DNA of 64,000 nucleotides from an uncultured Bacillota bacterium (GCA_902493275.1 CABUOQ010000002.1:30328-94327), one strand, 5' to 3'. Counted from the stretch's first letter, positions 18,178 to 27,619 are shown. Numbers and translations: made by a program. Notes: generated by a model not told the origin, from the letters alone.

Positions 18178-19484
18178 TCTTTTTTTGTTAAATCTTTTCT
18201 TTCAATATTATTAAAATCTGATGAATCAAAATATTTATTATCCTCAAAGGTTTCTTGTTCATTAGATGTTTCTTCATCTACATCATAATCCTTTTTTAGA
18301 TATCTTTCATCTATTGCCCATGTATCACAAATAATATCTTGTAAAGATCTTTTTCGTTTATTAATTAAGATGAAAAATAACGAGATAAAACATATAATAT
18401 CACAAATTAAAATAAGAGAGAAATTAGAAAAACCCACTCCATTTATTTCAAAAAATGGATACATTATTCCCGAATTTAATCCACCGCTTAAAACAGTAGA
18501 AAAAAGCATCAACCCATAGAACATTACAAAAGAGCAAATATTTCTGAATATCTTTTGTTTAGTTATTAATTCATATCCATCTTTATCGACAACTTTGATT
18601 TTTAATAGTTTTTTCCCAATTGTCTTCATGTCTTTAAAAATTAATTGAGGTAGAATAATCGTTAAAAAGAATGATAAAAGATAGCATCCAAAAGTAACAT
18701 AATCAATTATATAAGAACATTCAGCATAATTCTTTTTATATACATCATAGTGAGCTTTAAAGCGCGTTGAATTTATCAATTCATCGACTTGCTTATTCCA
18801 TAAATTTTGGAAAGCAACTGCTAAATAATTATAATTTGACACTCCAGCTTGATAGTTTTTATCGTTTAAATGTTTATATAATTCAATAGCGTAATCTGCA
18901 TCTAAATAAGGTAAAATCAAACTTTCTTCATCAAAATTCCACATTTCTATATTGACTGACGCATTTTTTAATTCTTTATAGAAAAAGAGCTTTGGATCAT
19001 CTTTACCAAATGAAACTATATTATCATTTTCATTATATTTAGGAACATAATTAACATAAAAATACGCTAAAGGATCGCTCTCATATGAAGCAATCTCAAG
19101 ATTGTTAGGATTTTCAATCTCAATTCCATAAGTTAAAAATAAACTATTATCAATTGAATATGAATATAATATATGTCTTAAACAATAGTCACGGAAAATA
19201 TCTTCTTGTTCACGTGGAGTTTTATATTGATGGTTTTCATTATCAATAAATTCATATATTTTAGCCTCTTCTTCTATTTCATAGCACGAAATAATTTCCT
19301 GGTTCAATGTATTTATTTTGCCTTTATAAGCAGGAATAATATCTAATATCCCATGTGAAGAAATAAGCAAAACAAAAGATATGACAATAAGTAAAAGCGC
19401 ATCGATAATATGCGCTTCAATTCTTCTACTAGCAGATGAATTTATTTCGTTCTTATATGGTCTTAGATAACCTTTTTTCTCCAT
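18174..19484 (-). CDS. RDD-family membrane protein carrying an approximately 230-aa soluble insertion.
   Basis: RDD hallmarks: N-terminal SRRIEAHIIDALLLIV (R..ID next to TM1) and C-terminal RSLQDIICDTWAID. There is a large non-membrane insert between TM1 and TM2. RBS GAGGAG. It sits 9 nt downstream of the ATPase gene. Confidence 0.45.
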   Translation of the reverse strand: MEKKGYLRPYKNEINSSASRRIEAHIIDALLLIVISFVLLISSHGILDIIPAYKGKINTLNQEIISCYEIEEEAKIYEFIDNENHQYKTPREQEDIFRDYCLRHILYSYSIDNSLFLTYGIEIENPNNLEIASYESDPLAYFYVNYVPKYNENDNIVSFGKDDPKLFFYKELKNASVNIEMWNFDEESLILPYLDADYAIELYKHLNDKNYQAGVSNYNYLAVAFQNLWNKQVDELINSTRFKAHYDVYKKNYAECSYIIDYVTFGCYLLSFFLTIILPQLIFKDMKTIGKKLLKIKVVDKDGYELITKQKIFRNICSFVMFYGLMLFSTVLSGGLNSGIMYPFFEINGVGFSNFSLILICDIICFISLFFILINKRKRSLQDIICDTWAIDERYLKKDYDVDEETSNEQETFEDNKYFDSSDFNNIERKDLTKKD

Positions 19485-19492
19485 AATCTCCT

Positions 19493-21226
19493 CTATTTAA
19501 TCAATTTTTCAGTTATAGAATCAAACAAATGAATCTTTGAAATGTCAAATACTAATTTTAGTTCATCACCAGAATTTACTAAAGTCTTTGCATGAATTTT
19601 TGAAACTATCTCTGAATCTTCAAAATTAGTATGTATATAATACTCGTGTCCAAGTAATTCTGCAACAGAAATTGTAAGATTAAATTCTTGACTTATGGCT
19701 TCATCAGTCAATATTCTATTACTTTGGTAAATATCTTCTGGTCGAATACCAAAAATAATTTGAATTTCTTTGCTTGTATCTATTAGTTTTAATCTATTTA
19801 TCGCGTCGATTAAATAATTACGACGATGATTTGAAGTTTCACATATAGCTAATTCTTTTTCTAATTTTGCTAATGTATCCGCTAATTTAGCATTATCTTT
19901 TTCCAACTTCATTTTTTCTTTTACTTCATTTATACTCGCTAGATAATTCTTCTTTTCAACAAATTTATCTTCTAATTCTTCTAGTTCTTTAATTAATAAA
20001 TGTAATTCTTTGCTATAGAAATCTTTTACTGCAACATCAAAATCATCAGTCAATTTTATTTTAGTGCCTTGTTTAAAAATCACTTGACCATTAATATATG
20101 TTGCATTAATTAAGTTCATAGCTGGTGAACCAATGAATGTCGCAACAAATACATTAGCTGGATGATTATAAATCTCAATTGGAGTGCCAATTTGCTGAAT
20201 ATAACCTTTATTCATAACGACAATTCTTGTTGCCATGGTCATAGCTTCAGTTTGATCATGTGTAACATATATTGTAGTAGCGTTTAAAGCATTATGTAAC
20301 TTAATAATTTCGCTTCTCATAGCCACTCTTAATTTGGCATCAAGATTGCTCAAAGGTTCATCCATCAAAAATACTTTGGCATTTTTAACAATAGCTCTTC
20401 CTAAGGCTACACGTTGACATTGTCCACCAGATAAAGCTTTAGGCTTACGATCTAAGTATTCAGAAATTTGTAAAATATCAGCTGCTTTTTCCACTCTAGA
20501 GCGAATTTCATCTTTTGGCAAATGCTTGTTTTCATAAACTTCTACTGGAGTTTTTTCAAGATATTCAATTTTTTCTTCTAACTCTTTTAAATCTTTTTCA
20601 ATTGATTCTTTTTCATCTTCATTAGCAAGCAATTGATATTTTTTTAAATTACGATACTGTTCTTTTAAAACTTTTAAAGCCTTCTTATTGATGCCTAGTA
20701 TTGGTTTACCATTTTCATCAACTTTCAAAGTTGGAAAACGTTTTATTTTTAAACCAAAAGACATATTCCCTGCCACTGACATATGAGGATAAAGAGCATA
20801 ACTTTGAAATACCATAGCAATATCACGATCTTTTGGATGAAGATCATTGGCATATGTCTTATCAATAAATAAATCGCCAGAAGTTATATCTTCTAAGCCA
20901 GCAATCATTCTTAAAGTCGTAGATTTGCCACATCCCGATGGTCCAACAAAAACTACAAATTCATGTTGCTTTATATCTAAATTAAAATCAAATACAGCTT
21001 GAACCTTATTATCATAAATCTTATTAATATGTCTTAAAGATATATATGATTCACTTGGTGCTTTCTTTATTTTTTTAGAATTCTTTTTTTGATAAGCTAC
21101 CATTTCTTCATATATTCTAGTTCTTTGCTTATATAATTGTTTTTCTTTTAATTTTAGTTCTCTTTTTTTGTTTTTAGCTTCTAATTTATCTGAAACTATT
21201 TTCTTATCTAAATCGCGATTCGACAT
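19493..21226 (-). CDS. MsmX/MalK-type sugar ABC transporter ATP-binding protein with coiled-coil insertions.
   Basis: Walker [11 protein letters not shown]-loop [14 protein letters not shown], signature [14 protein letters not shown], Walker [12 protein letters not shown] and H-loop VTHDQ. There is an approximately 60-aa K/E-rich insert between the Q-loop and the signature motif, a second K/E-rich insert in the C-terminal regulatory domain, and a Lys-rich N-terminal extension. The track start at 21244 (MKKEQD) encodes the AAGGAG RBS for the second Met (MSNRDL, ATG at 21224-21226), so the start is set to 21226. Confidence 0.75.
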   Translation of the reverse strand: MSNRDLDKKIVSDKLEAKNKKRELKLKEKQLYKQRTRIYEEMVAYQKKNSKKIKKAPSESYISLRHINKIYDNKVQAVFDFNLDIKQHEFVVFVGPSGCGKSTTLRMIAGLEDITSGDLFIDKTYANDLHPKDRDIAMVFQSYALYPHMSVAGNMSFGLKIKRFPTLKVDENGKPILGINKKALKVLKEQYRNLKKYQLLANEDEKESIEKDLKELEEKIEYLEKTPVEVYENKHLPKDEIRSRVEKAADILQISEYLDRKPKALSGGQCQRVALGRAIVKNAKVFLMDEPLSNLDAKLRVAMRSEIIKLHNALNATTIYVTHDQTEAMTMATRIVVMNKGYIQQIGTPIEIYNHPANVFVATFIGSPAMNLINATYINGQVIFKQGTKIKLTDDFDVAVKDFYSKELHLLIKELEELEDKFVEKKNYLASINEVKEKMKLEKDNAKLADTLAKLEKELAICETSNHRRNYLIDAINRLKLIDTSKEIQIIFGIRPEDIYQSNRILTDEAISQEFNLTISVAELLGHEYYIHTNFEDSEIVSKIHAKTLVNSGDELKLVFDISKIHLFDSITEKLIK

Positions 21227-21351
21227 ATCTTGCTCCTTTTTCATAGCTTAGTTTAGCAAAATATATATTTTGACGGAAGCATATAAGGCTTTTATATCAG
21301 TATTTTGCTATAAATAAGTCAAAAAAATATATATTCTTCAAGTATTAACTA

Positions 21352-22140
21352 CTAATCAATAATTCCCTTACGATAATTAATTTTAAAGGCTTTTGCAAGT
21401 TGAATTAATTGTTCATTGGTTATCGATTGATAAATCTTTTTATCATAAATTTTCATATATATCTCAGCTGCTTTTTCAATTGTTTCAATTAAGCCAAATA
21501 CTTCATCTAAGCTTCTACCTGTGCAAAATATTCCATGTTGTGCCCAAACGACAGAACGATACTCTTTCATTTTTTCAGCTGTAGCAATTCCGATTTCTTC
21601 TCCGCCGCATAAAATCCAAGGTAATACAGCTACTCCTTCAGGAAAAACCACAATAGATTCAGTTTGCATCTTCCAAAGGTCTTCGCTCCAATGATTAGAA
21701 TCTAAATCATGTACATGACTCATGCATATGACATTAGTTGGATGACAATGAATAACTAGGCGATGCAAAGGATCAACTTTTAATCTTTCAATATGACATT
21801 TTAAGTGAGTAGGAGCTTCTGAAGTTGGTCGACCACCATCTTCGTATCCCCAAAGTAATGATAAAGTTTTTCCATCTTTTACTTTTATAATTCCTAAATT
21901 ATTTTTAGGGTCTTTTAAACAATTTTTAAAATATTTGCCAGTACCCGTTATTATAAAATATTTACCAATTAAAGGAGTCAAATCATAATCGCAAATAAAA
22001 GTTCTTTTCTCATTTAAATCCGTGATTTGTTTAGCTTCTTCTTCAGAGATAATATATGATAAATTACCCCCGTTTCTTTCATCCCACCCATGTTTATATA
22101 ATAAATCTAAAATTTCTGTAACTTCTTCTATACAATTCAT
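21352..22140 (-). CDS. rhaD: Rhamnulose-1-phosphate aldolase (class II aldolase).
   Basis: GWDERNGGNLS, GTGKYFKN and VFPEGVAVLPW closely match recalled E. coli RhaD (GWDERNGGNLT, GSGKFFRN, VFPDGVGILPW). The start overlaps the rhaA stop (ATGA). Confidence 0.85.
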   Translation of the reverse strand: MNCIEEVTEILDLLYKHGWDERNGGNLSYIISEEEAKQITDLNEKRTFICDYDLTPLIGKYFIITGTGKYFKNCLKDPKNNLGIIKVKDGKTLSLLWGYEDGGRPTSEAPTHLKCHIERLKVDPLHRLVIHCHPTNVICMSHVHDLDSNHWSEDLWKMQTESIVVFPEGVAVLPWILCGGEEIGIATAEKMKEYRSVVWAQHGIFCTGRSLDEVFGLIETIEKAAEIYMKIYDKKIYQSITNEQLIQLAKAFKINYRKGIID

Positions 22141-23375
22141 TTTGTACCTCTTTCTAATAATACATTCTTTTCATATTTTTTAACTTGTTCATACCAATCT
22201 TGTTCACTTGCAACTTTTTGCTTGTTTAAATACTCACACCAAACATCTTGCCAAGGCAATGTCTTAATTTCTTCTTGTAAAGCAAGTAAATGTGAATAAT
22301 CCGCTGCATCTTGATATTCTTTTAAGATATCCCATGGTGTTAATAAAGCTTTTAAAATTGCTTTCTGCATATTTCTAGTTCCTATTACAATAGCCGCGAC
22401 ACGATTAATAGATCCATCGAAATAATCTAAACCTAAATATGATTTATTTAGTGCTTTACATCTTACTAATTCATCCGCTACTTCTTGTAAGTCATCGTTT
22501 AATTTTAAAACATGATCAGAATCCCAGCGAACAGGACGCGAAACATGAAATGCTAGGCGGGGTGAGAATAATAATAAAGATGATATTTTATCAGCAACAT
22601 TTTCTGTAGGATGGAAATGCCCCGTATCTAATAAACATAAAATATTGTTCTTCATCGCGTATGATAAATAAAATTCATTAGATCCTACCGTATAAGATTC
22701 AACACCAATTCCAAATACTTTTGATTCAACTGAAACATCAACTAAGTTTTTATTATATTTATATTTTAATATTTCATCTAAAGATTCTTTCAATCTTTTA
22801 CGTGGCCCTTCACGGTCAGAAGGAACTTCCTTCAATCCATCAGGAATCCATATATTGCATAGTGATTTCTGATGTAATTCTTTAGCAAAATATTCACATA
22901 CTTTAATACTATTAATACAATGCTCAATCCAATAATCACGCACCTCTTTATTTGGAGAAGATAAGCTTAAGCCATTTACAAGCATTGGTGAAGAAAAAAT
23001 TGTTGGATTAAAATCTAAGCCTAAGCCTCTATTATAGGCATATTCAACCCATCTTTTAAAATTTGCAGGAGTTATATCTCTTCTATCAACAATACTATCT
23101 GATTGATAAATAGCATGTAAATTGATTTTCTTTTTTCCTGGAATATACTTTAATGCTTCATCCAAGTCTGCCGTTAGTTCTTCAAAATTTCTTGCTTTTC
23201 CTGGATAATTACCTGTCGATTGAATTCCACCTGTTAACGCTTTTTTATTTTCAAAGCCATTAACATCATCTAATTGCCAACAATGAATTGAAATTGTTAC
23301 TTTAGATAACTCTTTTAAAACTTTGTTAACATCGATTCCATATTTTGCGTATATTTCTCTAGTGTCTTTTTTCAT
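22137..23375 (-). CDS. rhaA: L-rhamnose isomerase.
   Basis: SIHCWQLDDVNGFEN, LTGGIQSTGNYPGKARN, LDTGHFHPTE and VSRPVRWDSDHV match RhaA (SMHCWQGDDVSGFEN, LTGGIQATGNYPGKARN, GHFHPTE, VSRPVRWDSDHV). Confidence 0.9.
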   Translation of the reverse strand: MKKDTREIYAKYGIDVNKVLKELSKVTISIHCWQLDDVNGFENKKALTGGIQSTGNYPGKARNFEELTADLDEALKYIPGKKKINLHAIYQSDSIVDRRDITPANFKRWVEYAYNRGLGLDFNPTIFSSPMLVNGLSLSSPNKEVRDYWIEHCINSIKVCEYFAKELHQKSLCNIWIPDGLKEVPSDREGPRKRLKESLDEILKYKYNKNLVDVSVESKVFGIGVESYTVGSNEFYLSYAMKNNILCLLDTGHFHPTENVADKISSLLLFSPRLAFHVSRPVRWDSDHVLKLNDDLQEVADELVRCKALNKSYLGLDYFDGSINRVAAIVIGTRNMQKAILKALLTPWDILKEYQDAADYSHLLALQEEIKTLPWQDVWCEYLNKQKVASEQDWYEQVKKYEKNVLLERGTK

Positions 23376-23376
23376 A

Positions 23377-24684
23377 TTAATCCTCCATTTGTACTTTTAT
23401 ATTTCCTAAAGATGTAGCCTCGATTGGTAAGGCGATTATTTTTTTCTTAGCGTATTGTTCTACCAATTCATTTAGATATTTATTTTTAGCGCCGCCTCCT
23501 ACGATATAGCATTTATCATATTTATTCCCTGTTATATTCTGCAAATCTTTTAACGCTTGATCATAAGAGAATGCCAATGAATGATATACTGCATTAATTA
23601 AATCGTTATCATCTTTTGGTAAAGGTTTATTTTTTTGTTTAAGATAATCTAAAATCGCTTCTTTCATATTAATTGGCGATAAAAAAGCTTTATCATTAAC
23701 ATCAAATATTTCATGATAACTCGATTGTTTAGCCATAGTAACCATCTCAGGAACCTCTATTGCTAATTCTTTAGATAAGTTATTTATAATCCACATTCCC
23801 ATGATATTTTTTTGAAATCTAATATAGTTTGGACCATATTCATTAGAATAATTAGCGTCTTTAGCAACTTCACTATTAATGGCCTTAGGAATTTTAACTC
23901 CTAGCAATGACCATGTTCCCGAAGAGATATATGGCGAATTATCTTCCATAAATATTCCTTCAACTGCAGAGGCTGTATCATGGCTAGCACATAATTTAAC
24001 TAAAATATTACCTCCAACTTCATCTGAAACATCTTTTTTTAAATAGCCTAATTTATATCCAGGCTTATATACTGGATCATTAAACACATTAGATATGCCT
24101 AGTTTAGACAAAATTTTTTGCGAATAGTCCAATGTTTCACATGAGCAAAGTCCCATGGTGGAAGCATTAGTGTATTCATGTACTTTAACTCCAGTTAATT
24201 TATAAAGTAAATACTCTGGAATCATCAAAAATGTTTTCGCTTTTTGAAGTCGATTAGATTTTTTGTCTTCATAAAGCTGATATATAGAATTAAACACCTG
24301 AAATTGGCACCCTGTTATCTTATATAAATCATTAAATGATATTTTTTGATGCACTTCATCAATTATTTTTTGAGTTCTATTATCACGATATGCATAGACT
24401 GGTAATATTTCATTATCGAGCTCATCTATTAATACATAATCAACTCCCCAAGTGTCTATACTTAATGATTCAATTTGAGGATATTTACTTAAAGAAATTC
24501 TTATACCATTTTTCACTTCTTTAAATAGTTCATCAACATCCCAAATTAAATGGCCATCTTTGTTTTTTACTTCGTTTTTAAAACGATATACCTCTATTAA
24601 GCATATTTTTCCCTTATCGTCTTTATAACCTATTATATGTCTTCCAGAAGAGGCTCCGATATCAATTGCTAAATAATATTTCAT
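23377..24684 (-). CDS. rhaB: Rhamnulokinase (FGGY family).
   Basis: AYRDNRTQ, IMGMWII, VGGGAKNKYLNEL and IEATSLGNI match recalled RhaB (AYRDSRT, IMGLWLL, VGGGCQNTLLNQL, VEASTLGNI). RBS AAGGAG. Confidence 0.85.
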   Translation of the reverse strand: MKYYLAIDIGASSGRHIIGYKDDKGKICLIEVYRFKNEVKNKDGHLIWDVDELFKEVKNGIRISLSKYPQIESLSIDTWGVDYVLIDELDNEILPVYAYRDNRTQKIIDEVHQKISFNDLYKITGCQFQVFNSIYQLYEDKKSNRLQKAKTFLMIPEYLLYKLTGVKVHEYTNASTMGLCSCETLDYSQKILSKLGISNVFNDPVYKPGYKLGYLKKDVSDEVGGNILVKLCASHDTASAVEGIFMEDNSPYISSGTWSLLGVKIPKAINSEVAKDANYSNEYGPNYIRFQKNIMGMWIINNLSKELAIEVPEMVTMAKQSSYHEIFDVNDKAFLSPINMKEAILDYLKQKNKPLPKDDNDLINAVYHSLAFSYDQALKDLQNITGNKYDKCYIVGGGAKNKYLNELVEQYAKKKIIALPIEATSLGNIKVQMED

Positions 24685-24716
24685 ATTTCTCCTTTAATCT
24701 CATGATATCTTTTAAT

Positions 24717-24744
24717 ACTATAAATAAATATAACATTATTGCAA
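24717..24744 (-). promoter_or_regulatory. Candidate sigma-A promoter of rhaBAD: -35 TTGCAA (24739-24744), 16-nt spacer, -10 TATAGT (24717-24722).
   Basis: Read on the minus strand. The -35 hexamer lies inside the promoter-proximal copy of the 18-bp direct repeat, and the element is 33 nt upstream of the rhaB ATG. Confidence 0.4.
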
Positions 24745-24766
24745 ATTTATATAACATTATTGTAAA
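24728..24766. promoter_or_regulatory. Two 18-bp direct repeats ATATAACATTATTG(C/T)AAA phased 21 bp apart: candidate AraC-family (RhaR/RhaS-like) operator between rhaB and the divergent AraC gene.
   Basis: Repeat A is 24728-24745 and repeat B is 24749-24766, with 17 of 18 positions identical. Seventeen-bp half-sites in direct repeat with a 4-bp gap are the classical AraC/RhaS site architecture. Repeat A overlaps the -35 of the rhaB promoter. Repeat B contains TGTAAAAT (24761-24768), an extended -10-like element for the plus-strand AraC gene. Confidence 0.55.
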
Positions 24767-24791
24767 ATGATTTTAAGAAAGAAATATAAAT

Positions 24792-25601
24792 ATGCATCGA
24801 AGAATACCATTATCAAACCATTTAAACTCATCTCTTTTATATATATCTGAGACTGAACTCGATAAAGATTTTAAAGCATCATATCATTCACATCCAAATC
24901 TAGAATTATTGTTAATAAATGAAGGAACTGGTAATTTAATAACTACAAATCGCCGAATATCCATTAAAAAAGGAGATTTAATAATTATTAATTCTCATTC
25001 ATTACATTGTGAAGTTTCATCTAGCAAATGCCGTTTTTACTCAATAGGTGTCAATCGTTTAGATGCTAATTTAGACAATAATTTTTCTAAGAAAATAATA
25101 AAATTGCCATTAGATAAAACCGACTATGATAGCATTAATTTTTTATACCATTTTATAATAACAGAAGCTGAAAATAAAAAAATGCATTTTGAAGATATCA
25201 TATTTAATGCCTTCCAGCAAATTAAATATTTCATTCAAAGAACTTATCAAATAAAGTTTATTTCATCATCCAAAGAATACGATAATAGCGTTATTTCCAG
25301 CGCTAAAAACATAATTGAAAATTATTTTTATACAAATATTAATATCAACGATTTATCACATCGCTTATCGATTTCACCATCAACTCTATCCCACCAATTT
25401 AAAAAAATAACTGGTCGTAGCGTCATTGAATATAAACATATATGTCAAATTAATGAAGCTTGTAATTTGTTAAAAATAACCGATATGAATATTCTTGACA
25501 TTGCCTTTGCAACTGGATTCACTAGTTCATCTTACTTCAGTGAAATGTTTAAAAAAATGATTAAATTGTCACCAAAAGAATACCGTTTAATGAACAAATA
25601 A
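24792..25601 (+). CDS. AraC-family regulator, probable rhamnose-responsive activator (RhaR/RhaS-like), divergent from rhaBAD.
   Basis: N-terminal cupin (YHSHPNLELLLINEGTGNL...HSLHCE) and C-terminal AraC HTH (DLSHRLSISPSTLSHQFKKITGRSVIEYKHI...ILDIAFATGFTSSSYFSEMFKK). Confidence 0.7.
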   Translation: MHRRIPLSNHLNSSLLYISETELDKDFKASYHSHPNLELLLINEGTGNLITTNRRISIKKGDLIIINSHSLHCEVSSSKCRFYSIGVNRLDANLDNNFSKKIIKLPLDKTDYDSINFLYHFIITEAENKKMHFEDIIFNAFQQIKYFIQRTYQIKFISSSKEYDNSVISSAKNIIENYFYTNININDLSHRLSISPSTLSHQFKKITGRSVIEYKHICQINEACNLLKITDMNILDIAFATGFTSSSYFSEMFKKMIKLSPKEYRLMNK

Positions 25602-25605
25602 AAAA

Positions 25606-25625
25606 GTCTCGAAATTAATCGAGAC
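25606..25625 (-). terminator. Rho-independent terminator between the convergent AraC and DJ-1 genes.
   Basis: Stem gtctcga/tcgagac (7 bp) with loop aattaa. On the minus strand it is followed by a T-run (the complement of aaaaa at 25601-25605). The plus-strand T-tract is weak. Confidence 0.6.
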
Positions 25626-25630
25626 CCATA

Positions 25631-26179
25631 TTATTCTCCTTTACAATTTAGCCAGACTTGTCTAGCTTTATTTTCATCATATAAGTAATAAATAATAGCT
25701 AATGCAAACTCAATCGTATAATACATCGATTTCGCAGTTATAAAATTTTTAGCAATTACTACACCTTTATCCTTTTGATAGTTTCCTGAAATACAATATT
25801 TTTCAAACCCAGGAAAAATTGTATAATCTAAATTATTAAAGTATCCTTTTCTTCCCAAAAGATGAGGTGCTGCACAGATAGAAGCTACTAGTTTATCACT
25901 TTTTATGAATTGAGAAATAAGTAACTCAACCCGTGAATCTTCATTTAAAATCGTAAAAGCTGCTTTACCACCAGGTAAAATCAAATAATCATAATCACTT
26001 TCTTTTATCTCATCAAGATATTTCTCTGCAATTATTTGATATCCAGACTTAGTAAAAACTTGCAATGTTTGCATCACTGATACTAAAGTGATTTCTTCAC
26101 CAGCTCTTTTGAGAACATCAACGCAACTTAAAGCTTCTGTCTCTTCAAAATAATCACCTAATAAAATGATTCCTTTCAT
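25631..26179 (-). CDS. DJ-1/PfpI-family protein (class I glutamine-amidotransferase-like).
   Basis: LILPGGKAAF...ASICAAPHLLGRKG, with a nucleophile-elbow Cys in the ICAAP context. Confidence 0.7.
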   Translation of the reverse strand: MKGIILLGDYFEETEALSCVDVLKRAGEEITLVSVMQTLQVFTKSGYQIIAEKYLDEIKESDYDYLILPGGKAAFTILNEDSRVELLISQFIKSDKLVASICAAPHLLGRKGYFNNLDYTIFPGFEKYCISGNYQKDKGVVIAKNFITAKSMYYTIEFALAIIYYLYDENKARQVWLNCKGE

Positions 26180-26193
26180 TTACTTATCCTTCA

Positions 26194-27618
26194 TTATTTA
26201 CTAGCTAATATCTCTTTGATAATATTAGAAACAATTTGTGGATTAGCCTTACCATGTGATTGTTTCATTACTTGACCAATTAAGAATCCAACAGCTCGAT
26301 CTTTACCATTTTTAAAATCAATTATCGATTGAGGATTATTATCGACCACACTTAAGCATAAAGATTTTATTTCATCAACATTAGAGTTCTGTTTTAATCC
26401 TAATTGCTCTTGAATAATTGTTGGATTATCATTATTCTCTACCATTTTTTCAAACACTTTTCTACCTTGAGAATAACTTAAATCACCTTTTTCTATTAAT
26501 GATAAAAGTTTAACAATATTATCTGGAGTGACTTTAAACTTTTCAATATTAATTCCATTTTTATTAAGATAAGAAGCAACATCAACAGTTAAAAAATTCC
26601 ATATTGATTTGATTTGATTTGATAAACTAATACATTTATCAAAATAATTAGCCATCTCAAGCGATGTAAGAATCTGGTCTGCCTCATCCTCATTTAATCC
26701 TTTTTCAATGTATCTTCTTTTTTTATTAGATGCTAATTCTGGGCATGTATTAATCGCATTTTGAACAAACTCATCGCTTAATTTAATTGGAACTATATTA
26801 GGTTCTGTAAAATATTTATAATCAACCGAATCAGTTTTCTTTCTCATCAAGACGGTCTCTTTTTTCATCTCATCGAAACGACGAGTTTCTTGTTCAACAA
26901 TTCCCCCAGATAAAAGAATTCTTGATTGACGTTTCATTTCAAAATCAATCGCGCGTTGCACATTATTCAAAGAATTTAAATTTTTAATTTCAACTTTGGT
27001 ACCAAACTTTTTACTTCCTACTGGGCGCAATGAAATATTTACATCGCATCTAAGTGACCCTTCTTCCATCTTACCATCAGAAACACCACTATATATCACT
27101 ATTGACCGAATTTGTTCTACATACTTCATAGCTTCTAAGCCGTTTGACATCTCTGGTTTTGAAACTATTTCTACAAGTGGAGTTCCAGCACGATTATAAT
27201 CAAGTAAAGAATAATCCGCTAGATGGAGTTGCTTACAAGTATCCTCTTCCATATGTAATCTTTCAATACCGATTTTCTTTTTTCCTGAAGGAGTTGTAAT
27301 TTCTACATATCCTTCTCTACCTATCGGTCTTTTATCTTGAGTTATTTGATATCCCTTAGGTAGATCAGAATAGAAATAATTTTTTCTATCAAACCATAAT
27401 TCATGATCTATTTGCATATTTAGCGCATTAGAAACACGAATAGCGTTAATTACAGCTTGCTTATTTACGACTGGCATAGTTCCAGGAAACGCCATATCAA
27501 CTGGAGTAACCAAAGTATTAGGCATTTCACCAAAACGATTAGGTGAAGATGAAAACATCTTAGTTCTTGTTTTCATTTCAACGTGAATTTCTATACCAAT
27601 AACTGCTTCAAAGTTCAT
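26194..27618 (-). CDS. gatB: Asp/Glu-tRNA(Asn/Gln) amidotransferase subunit B.
   Basis: N-terminus MNFEAVIGIEIHVEMKTRTKMFS, a 474-aa protein, in the gatCAB order. Confidence 0.9.
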   Translation of the reverse strand: MNFEAVIGIEIHVEMKTRTKMFSSSPNRFGEMPNTLVTPVDMAFPGTMPVVNKQAVINAIRVSNALNMQIDHELWFDRKNYFYSDLPKGYQITQDKRPIGREGYVEITTPSGKKKIGIERLHMEEDTCKQLHLADYSLLDYNRAGTPLVEIVSKPEMSNGLEAMKYVEQIRSIVIYSGVSDGKMEEGSLRCDVNISLRPVGSKKFGTKVEIKNLNSLNNVQRAIDFEMKRQSRILLSGGIVEQETRRFDEMKKETVLMRKKTDSVDYKYFTEPNIVPIKLSDEFVQNAINTCPELASNKKRRYIEKGLNEDEADQILTSLEMANYFDKCISLSNQIKSIWNFLTVDVASYLNKNGINIEKFKVTPDNIVKLLSLIEKGDLSYSQGRKVFEKMVENNDNPTIIQEQLGLKQNSNVDEIKSLCLSVVDNNPQSIIDFKNGKDRAVGFLIGQVMKQSHGKANPQIVSNIIKEILASK

Positions 27619-27619
27619 A

